A stretch of DNA of 64,000 nucleotides from Vulcanimicrobiota bacterium. Lineage in GTDB: Bacteria; Vulcanimicrobiota; Xenobia; Xenobiales; JADMJV01. Shown in pieces: positions 57,881 to 64,000 of this stretch; the first letter of the stretch is position 1, and the number at the start of each line of letters is the position of its first letter. The notes beneath the pieces were generated by a model, which saw only the letters and a list, made by a program, of their open reading frames with translations, was not told where the DNA came from and ran no database searches. The stretch covers positions 507,720 through 571,719 of the forward strand of contig JBFWNU010000006.1 of NCBI GenBank assembly GCA_050250895.1. Reading direction: 5' to 3'. The translations under genes were made by a program, and so were the position numbers.

Positions 57881-58013
57881 AAAATCCTCCCACTAAACCA
57901 GAATGGATATACTATACTGCAATTTTCGGGGAATTGCCAGGGCTATTCCGAACTTCCTGACGAAACCGTCGCGCGGAGTGTTTTCGCTCGTCGGTTTAGG
58001 CTATAATCGGGCG

Positions 58014-58772
58014 GTGGGCCCCCTGATCTGGTTGCTTTTGACTCTCACCGCCACGCCCGCCAAGAGCTGGGCCCACCTGGCCGATGGCCGGCGTTTGTTG
58101 CTGGCAGCGCCCCAGCAGGCTCCCCTACCCGCCGTCTATCGTAAGCCGCCCCGCCAGCCTCGTCTGATTCCCTGGGAGTTGCCCTACCCGGAATGGGAGC
58201 GCGAATATCAGGATCATTTTTCCGCACTCTACGGCAGCGGAAGAGTTCGCTTTCGGCCCACCGTCATCATCATGCACTATACCGTCATCAATGACGCCCA
58301 GGCTGTCTGGGATAGTTTCGCTCGCGGCTGCACCATGGCCCTGGGCGATCAGTTCCATTTCGGTCACCCTTCGGTGCAGTTAATGATCGACAAGGACGGC
58401 ACCATCTATCGCCTCTTGCCGCTCAATCACCGCGGCACCGGAGCCTACGGAGCCGACCACGTGGCCATCTCGATCGAGATGGTGGCGGCCGACGAGAAAG
58501 ATTTATTGAGCCGCCCCCGCCAGGTGTTTTCCTCGTTTTGCCTGGTGAGCTGGTTGATGAACCATTATCAAATACCGCCGACGCGGGTCTCGAGTCACTT
58601 CGAGGTGTCGCTGGGCTCGATCGTCTTTCCCGAGTTCACCGACCGGGCCGATCCGGTCTGGAAGTATTGCTATCCACCCCAGAGCTTTCGCTACGACCCG
58701 GGCACGCGTTATATGGGCATGTTGCGGCGCTATCTCATCGAGTATGGAGGCTTTCGACCTGGGCGACGATGA
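58014..58772 (+). CDS. N-acetylmuramoyl-L-alanine amidase (Amidase_2-like), exported
   Basis: VIIMHYT, MIDKDGTIY, AISIEM, SHFE; TATAAT just before the GTG. Confidence 0.8.
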   Translation: MGPLIWLLLTLTATPAKSWAHLADGRRLLLAAPQQAPLPAVYRKPPRQPRLIPWELPYPEWEREYQDHFSALYGSGRVRFRPTVIIMHYTVINDAQAVWDSFARGCTMALGDQFHFGHPSVQLMIDKDGTIYRLLPLNHRGTGAYGADHVAISIEMVAADEKDLLSRPRQVFSSFCLVSWLMNHYQIPPTRVSSHFEVSLGSIVFPEFTDRADPVWKYCYPPQSFRYDPGTRYMGMLRRYLIEYGGFRPGRR

Positions 58773-60024
58773 CGTCCAGGGCCCGCTCTAGTTGACTCTC
58801 TTCGATCACCAGCGGGGCCAGAATCCTGAGCACGTTACCGTAGGTGCCGGCCAGAATGACCAGCACCCCCTGCTCACGGCAGCCCGCCACCACCCGTTGG
58901 GCCAGTTCGGTGGCCGGCAGACCGCTTTGTTCGAGCTCCAGCGCCATCATGGCCCCCAGCCCACGAACATCCACCACATAGGGAGAGTTCGCTTGAAGGG
59001 CTTGAAAGCGGGCTCGAATCGTGTGACCCAGAGCCTCGGCGCGTGCGCCCAGCTGCTCTTGTTCCATCACCTCGATGTTGGCCAGGGCGGCCGCGCAAGC
59101 CACCGGATTGCCGCCGTAGGTTCCGCCCAGAGTGCCGGGTCGAGCGGCGTTCATCACCTCGGCTCGACCCACCACCGCAGCGATGGGCAAGCCACCCCCC
59201 ATGGCCTTGGCCCAGGTCGACAGATCGGGCACGATGCCGGCGTGCTGATAGGCGGCCCACCGGCCGGTTCGACAAAATCCGCTTTGCACCTCATCGACGA
59301 CGAGCAGGATGCCGAACTCCGAGCAGATCTCGCGTAAGCCCTGAAGATAGGCAAAAGGCGCCAGGTTAAAGCCGCCCTCGCCCTGGACAGGCTCGATAAT
59401 CACCGCTGCCACCTGCTCGGCGCTTACCTGATTGGACAGGGCATGGCGAAAACGAGCCAGTTCTCGGGCCACAAAATCCGCCTCGCCCAGGCCGTCGCCG
59501 TAGCGGAACCGGTTGGGATAGGGCAGCCGATAGATCTCGGGGGCGTAGGGACCGCAGCCCAACTTGTAGGCCACCTTCGAGGTCAGGGTCGTGCTCAGCA
59601 GGGTTCGTCCGTGAAACCCTTCGCTAAAGGCGATGATGGCCGGCCGGCCGGTGGCCTGGCGGGCGATCTTGACCGCGTTCTCGACCGCCTCGGCCCCACT
59701 GTTGACCAGCATGGCCCGCGTCTCGGAGCCGTGCGGGAAGAGTTCGATGAGCTTTTCGCACAAGGCCACGTAAGGCTCGTAGGTGGCCACGTGAAAGCAG
59801 GTGTGTAGCAGCCGGTGACTTTGCTCGACGATAGCCGCTACCACCCGCGGGTGACAGTGGCCACTGTTGACGACCCCGATACCCGAGGCCAGGTCGATAA
59901 ACTGGTGTCCCTCGACATCAGTCAGGACGGCGCCTCGAGCGCTGGCCACCGTAACGGGATTGAGGCGCCCCACTCCGGCCGCCACGGCCCGTTCGCGGCG
60001 GGCCACCAGTTGCTCGCTGGTCAT
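58735..60024 (-). CDS. gabT: 4-aminobutyrate aminotransferase (class III PLP)
   Basis: NSGAEAVENAVKIAR, FHGRT, EPVQGEGG, DEVQSGFCRTG, AKAMGGG, GGTYGGNP. Confidence 0.9.
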   Translation of the reverse strand: MTSEQLVARRERAVAAGVGRLNPVTVASARGAVLTDVEGHQFIDLASGIGVVNSGHCHPRVVAAIVEQSHRLLHTCFHVATYEPYVALCEKLIELFPHGSETRAMLVNSGAEAVENAVKIARQATGRPAIIAFSEGFHGRTLLSTTLTSKVAYKLGCGPYAPEIYRLPYPNRFRYGDGLGEADFVARELARFRHALSNQVSAEQVAAVIIEPVQGEGGFNLAPFAYLQGLREICSEFGILLVVDEVQSGFCRTGRWAAYQHAGIVPDLSTWAKAMGGGLPIAAVVGRAEVMNAARPGTLGGTYGGNPVACAAALANIEVMEQEQLGARAEALGHTIRARFQALQANSPYVVDVRGLGAMMALELEQSGLPATELAQRVVAGCREQGVLVILAGTYGNVLRILAPLVIEESQLERALDVIVAQVESLHTR

Positions 60025-62030
60025 GGGGTCTGACCGGTGCGGTCTCCGGCCACCACCAGATTGTCCAACGAGAATCCGTCAGCCGTCACCGACTGATCGC
60101 TCTCGAGGCGAAAACGAAGCTGCACCGAGCCACCGTCGTAACCAGACAGGTCGATCGACTCCTGATGCCACTCTTCGCTTCCCGTGAAGTCCTTGAGGGG
60201 CTGCCAACTCTGGCCGTCCTTACTGGCCTCGAGATGAACCTTGTCATAGCCCTGCTCGAGAGCGTGGCGCGCCTCGAAGAGCAGGGTGCTGCCCTGGACC
60301 TGGCTCAGGTCGATGGTCGGCGAAGTCAGCGAACTGTTGGCCTGATTGTCATAGTCGCCGGTGGGGCTGTCGCTGAAGATCGAGCCGCGGCCGTTGCTCT
60401 CGACCCGACCCCATTTGCCGTCGGCCTGCCAGGCCTGGTTGGGCTGATCGAAGTTGTCTTCGAAGACCAGACTGGTGGCTGGAATCTGGGCAGCCACCGA
60501 GCGGAGTTCAGAAGCGTTGCCCACGTTGTCGCGCACTCGCAATCCGAAGTAGAGCTGGCGTTCGCTGGCCGAGGGCGTGATTCTGACCGAAACCTGTTCG
60601 AGGCTCTCGGGCCGGCCGGGCAGACCGGTCTCCACCGGGCGGGCACTTTCGAAGCCGGCCAGATCGGTGATCGGCTGGTTGGCCATGCGAAGGTCATAAC
60701 TGCTGGCCTGACCGCACCAACCGTCGTCACCGGTGGCTGTCCAGCGGAGCTTGACCTGACTCGAACCGGCTTCGACCAGGGAGAGGTCCCCAGGAGCGGC
60801 CGGCGGCAGGCGATCGTTGTCGAGAGCGTTGGCCGCGTTGAGGCGGCCTCCGGTGGCCACCTTGCCTCGCAAGCTGGGCAGTTGGTCTACGCCCTGCAGG
60901 ATGCGGGTCTTGAGTTCGTCGTTGCTCATTTCGGGATAGGCGCTGGCCAGCAGCGCGGCCACTCCGCTCACATGAGGGGTGGCCATGGAGGTGCCGCTCT
61001 TATGGCCATAACCGCCGCCGGGCATGGTCGAATAGATATTGCCGCCGGGGGCGGCCAGGTCGACGCTGGTGGCTCCATAGTTGGAAAACGACGACAACCG
61101 ATCATTGCTGTCGGTCGAGGCCACCGCGATCGAGTTGGGCAAATCATAGTTGCTGGGGTAGTGGGGATTGCGATCGTTGTTGGAGGAGTTGTTGCCGGCC
61201 GCCATGATATGCAGCGCCGGAGAGTTGCGAAAAGCCTCGGCGATGGCTTGATTGGCGCCGCCGCCTCCCCACGAATTAGAGGTGATGCGGGCGCCCATCT
61301 TCGAGGCGTAGAGGATACCGCGAAGGATGGCGTCGGTGGTGGTGCTGCCCGAGTCGTCGAAGATCTTCACCGGCATCAGACGAGCCCGCCAATTGACCCC
61401 CACCACCCCTTGACCGTTGTTGCCTTCGGCCGCAATGGTGCCGGCCACGTGGGTACCGTGCGAGTGGCCGTCCATGGGGTTGCCGCTATTGGCGAAGGCG
61501 TTAAAGCCGTGAACGTCATCGATCACCCCGTTTCCGTCGTTGTCGATACCGTCACCGGGAATCTCTCCGGCATTGGTCCAGACGTTGTTCTTGAGGTCGG
61601 GGTGATGGTAGTCGAGGCCGGTGTCGAGAATGGCCACCAGGGGTCCCTGGGGCGAACCGGTGCTGGTGTCCCAGGCTTCGGGCGCCTTGATCTTTTCCAT
61701 TCCCCACAGTTTGGGGTCGAGGTCATTGGGCGTCTGCCGCTCGTCGAGGGTGTAGATATCGTTGGTGACGGCGTAATCTACCCGAGGGTCCTCGCTCATG
61801 CGCTCGACGGCGTCGGCGGCGCTCAACCCCTCCGGCAGTTCGAGCCGGACCAGATCGCCTTCGAAACTCTTGAAGATATCGCGGGGAAAGTCGAACCGTT
61901 CGACGGTGCGGGCTCCGTACGAATCGGCAAAGCGGTCGTCGGATTGAAAAATGCCTCGCTTGAGTTTGACCAGCACTTCGCCCTCGACGTAATTCCTGGC
62001 TGGGTTGCTGGCGGGAAGGCGTGAGATCAT
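60021..62030 (-). CDS. Subtilisin-like S8 protease with FN3-like and C-terminal beta domains, no Sec signal
   Basis: AAGGAG RBS before MISRLP; LDTG, HGTHVAG, AAGN, GTSMATPH; WTATGDDG. Confidence 0.92.
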   Translation of the reverse strand: MISRLPASNPARNYVEGEVLVKLKRGIFQSDDRFADSYGARTVERFDFPRDIFKSFEGDLVRLELPEGLSAADAVERMSEDPRVDYAVTNDIYTLDERQTPNDLDPKLWGMEKIKAPEAWDTSTGSPQGPLVAILDTGLDYHHPDLKNNVWTNAGEIPGDGIDNDGNGVIDDVHGFNAFANSGNPMDGHSHGTHVAGTIAAEGNNGQGVVGVNWRARLMPVKIFDDSGSTTTDAILRGILYASKMGARITSNSWGGGGANQAIAEAFRNSPALHIMAAGNNSSNNDRNPHYPSNYDLPNSIAVASTDSNDRLSSFSNYGATSVDLAAPGGNIYSTMPGGGYGHKSGTSMATPHVSGVAALLASAYPEMSNDELKTRILQGVDQLPSLRGKVATGGRLNAANALDNDRLPPAAPGDLSLVEAGSSQVKLRWTATGDDGWCGQASSYDLRMANQPITDLAGFESARPVETGLPGRPESLEQVSVRITPSASERQLYFGLRVRDNVGNASELRSVAAQIPATSLVFEDNFDQPNQAWQADGKWGRVESNGRGSIFSDSPTGDYDNQANSSLTSPTIDLSQVQGSTLLFEARHALEQGYDKVHLEASKDGQSWQPLKDFTGSEEWHQESIDLSGYDGGSVQLRFRLESDQSVTADGFSLDNLVVAGDRTGQTP

Positions 62031-62153
62031 TGGCTGCTCCTTTTCGATGTGAGCGGATAGTAGCCAAAATCGGAGAGCCAGATGTAACAACCAGGTTAAC
62101 TGGATGCCTTCATGGCACAGGTTCACCGCCAACGGCGCCGAATCTAACATGAC

Positions 62154-62636
62154 GTGGAGCCTGAACGCCTGGAGCGAGCCAGTAAGATGTGGAAGCGCGG
62201 TTACCGCTTTCAGCTCGACGGTGAAATCGACCAGGCGATCGACTGCTATCGGCGTTCGCTCTCGATCGTTCCCACTCCCGAGGCCCATACGTTTCTGGGC
62301 AGCGCCTACGGCCAACAAGGCCGCCTCGAACAGGCCAAGGCCGAATGCCTGCGAGCCCTGGCCATCGACCCTGAATTCGGGATGTCTTACAACGACCTCG
62401 GTTGCTATCTGATGAAAGAGGGTCGTCTCAAGGAAGCGCTCGAATGCCTGGCCCGGGCCAAGACAGCCCAACACTACGGGGGTCGTCACTCACCCTATAT
62501 CCACACCGGCCGGATCTACATGAGTCAGGGCCTGTTTCGCAAAGCGCTGGGCGAATTCAGGCAAGCGGTGGGACTGGCTCCGTCCGACCCCGGGGCCCGC
62601 AAAGCCTTGCACAGCGCCCTGGCATGGTTTAACTGA
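62154..62636 (+). CDS. Tetratricopeptide repeat protein
   Basis: About four TPR motifs (AIDCYRRSL, ALAIDPEF, AVGLAPSD). Confidence 0.88.
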   Translation: MEPERLERASKMWKRGYRFQLDGEIDQAIDCYRRSLSIVPTPEAHTFLGSAYGQQGRLEQAKAECLRALAIDPEFGMSYNDLGCYLMKEGRLKEALECLARAKTAQHYGGRHSPYIHTGRIYMSQGLFRKALGEFRQAVGLAPSDPGARKALHSALAWFN

Positions 62637-62799
62637 CTGGTGAATTGCTGACGTGCGCCACTCCCGGGCAACCAGCCGGCAAAAACTGTTTACACAACCG
62701 CAAAGTCGGTAACAAAGTTGTCACAAAAATCGCGCGCAATTGGTTTTCAGAACCGCTATACTGGACTCAAGATTAATCCCTATTGTGAGGTGCAGGAGT

Positions 62800-63138
62800 A
62801 TGTGTAAGGTCAAAAAAGGCGGCGGAGACATCAATATCAACATCATCAACAGCGGCAACCAGTATGGCGCTGAAGGTGCGCAGGGTCCCGGCGGTCAGTT
62901 CGGTGGTCCCGGTGGTTGTCAACGCGGCCAGAAAATGCGCGCTCTCGGAACTTTGATGAAACTCGCCAGCGTTCTCAACGGCGGCCAGGCTGGATTCCCC
63001 GGTGCGGGCGGCTGCGGCAACTGCATGAGTGCCCAGAACCCCCTCTTCGGCGGCGGTTGCCAGCACGGCGGCGGCGGCCTCAATTTCGGCATCTCCGGTG
63101 GATTCCGGATGTCGGCCGGCAACTTCCTCGGCATCTAG
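62800..63138 (+). CDS. Small Gly/Cys-rich protein
   Basis: AGGAG RBS, TATACT promoter and downstream terminator. Confidence 0.72.
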   Translation: MCKVKKGGGDININIINSGNQYGAEGAQGPGGQFGGPGGCQRGQKMRALGTLMKLASVLNGGQAGFPGAGGCGNCMSAQNPLFGGGCQHGGGGLNFGISGGFRMSAGNFLGI

Positions 63139-63170
63139 CCGAATACCCAACTCGAGATTTCTGACTAGAG

Positions 63171-63196
63171 AAGAGGTCCTCACGGGCCTCTTTTTT
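63171..63196 (+). terminator. Rho-independent terminator
   Basis: GAGGTCC-TCAC-GGGCCTC-T6. Confidence 0.8.
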
Positions 63197-63256
63197 ATTG
63201 TTGCCGAGGACACCCAGGGCTGGTCGCGAACGACACGCCCTGGAAGCGAGGTGCCT

Positions 63257-64000
63257 GTGCCCCATCGAGTCGTGCTCATCCCCGGAGACGGGATCGGTCC
63301 TGAAATCACCGAGAGTGTGCGCGAGATCTTCGCGGCCGCCGAGATTCCCGTGGTCTGGAAGGTTCACCAGGCCGGCCTGACCGCCATGGAGCGCGACGGA
63401 AGCCTCCTGCCCGAAGAGACCCTCGAGGCCATTCGTCGCTATCGGGTGGCCCTCAAGGGCCCGTGCACCACACCCATCGGAGGGGGCTTTGCCTCGGTCA
63501 ACGTGCAGTTGCGCAAGAAGCTGGATCTCTACGCCGCCGTGCGACCGGTTCGCAGCGTGCCCGGGGTAGTGACCCGCTTCGAAGGGGTCGATCTGGTGGT
63601 GGTTCGCGAAAATACCGAAGGCCTATATAGCGGCATCGAGAACGAAGTCACTCCCGGCGTGGTGGCCAGTATGAAAGTGGCCACCGAGACCGCCTGCCGG
63701 CGAGTGGCCAAGTTTGCCTTTCGCTACGCCACCCACCGCCGCCGCAAGAAAATCACGGTCTTCCACAAGGCCAACATTATGAAGTTGTCGGACGGGCTGT
63801 TCCTTCGCAACGCCCAGCGGGTGCACCGCGAGGACTATCCCAACATCGACTATGAAGAGTCGATCATCGATGCGGGCTGCATGCGCATGGTCCAGGACCC
63901 CACCCAATTCGACATTCTCTTACTAGAGAATCTCTATGGCGACGTCATCAGCGACCTGTGCGCCGGCCTGGTGGGCGGGCTCGGAGTGACCCCCGGGGCA
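63257..64000 (+). CDS. icd: Isocitrate/isopropylmalate dehydrogenase family, NAD-IDH-like (runs off the window; absent from the ORF track)
   Basis: Manual translation: LIPGDGIGPE, LKGPCTTPIGGGFASVNVQLRK, RENTEGLY, HKANIMK, ENLYGDVISDLCAGLVGGLG. Confidence 0.9.
   Translation, partial: MPHRVVLIPGDGIGPEITESVREIFAAAEIPVVWKVHQAGLTAMERDGSLLPEETLEAIRRYRVALKGPCTTPIGGGFASVNVQLRKKLDLYAAVRPVRSVPGVVTRFEGVDLVVVRENTEGLYSGIENEVTPGVVASMKVATETACRRVAKFAFRYATHRRRKKITVFHKANIMKLSDGLFLRNAQRVHREDYPNIDYEESIIDAGCMRMVQDPTQFDILLLENLYGDVISDLCAGLVGGLGVTPGA

Noticed and set aside
62031-62489. Extended N-terminus of the 822-aa S8 ORF
   Set aside because: Overlaps the TPR gene on the other strand; ATG 62030 has a clear AAGGAG RBS.

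Overview
GC-rich bacterial chromosome segment with about 62 CDS and no rRNA, tRNA, CRISPR array, transposase or prophage that I can see. Housekeeping blocks: fhs; mutL-miaA-hfq-dapF-M24 peptidase; fabF-rnc-DUF167; rplS-lepB-rbgA-rnhB; nadK with a divergent NrtR-like regulator; gabT; a partial isocitrate dehydrogenase. Their gene order is Terrabacteria-like. Vulcanimicrobiota/Ca. Eremiobacterota is my guess from gene style only. Main observation: between the housekeeping blocks lies a set of genes whose products lack a Sec signal but start with unstructured Ser/Pro/Ala-rich leaders. They include a lethal-factor-like metalloprotease, a C39-like peptidase, a subtilisin, a PQQ propeller, glycine-zipper/coiled-coil proteins and two harpin-like Gly/Cys peptides. 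Most share an upstream 11-bp-periodic TTTACA/TTAACA-like direct repeat at a similar distance from a -10 box. The window also encodes a soluble FlhA cytoplasmic domain without its membrane part, and a tightly coupled operon (7023-14158) resembling a translocon or bipartite pore former. Together these suggest a co-regulated, type III/flagellar-type secreted effector arsenal (inference, untested). Other oddities: an orphan BoxB-like di-iron enzyme with a GNAT partner, two pseudokinases, a RacA-like protein, two candidate structured RNAs and two small repeat elements. All family calls come from motif recognition by eye; no searches were run.
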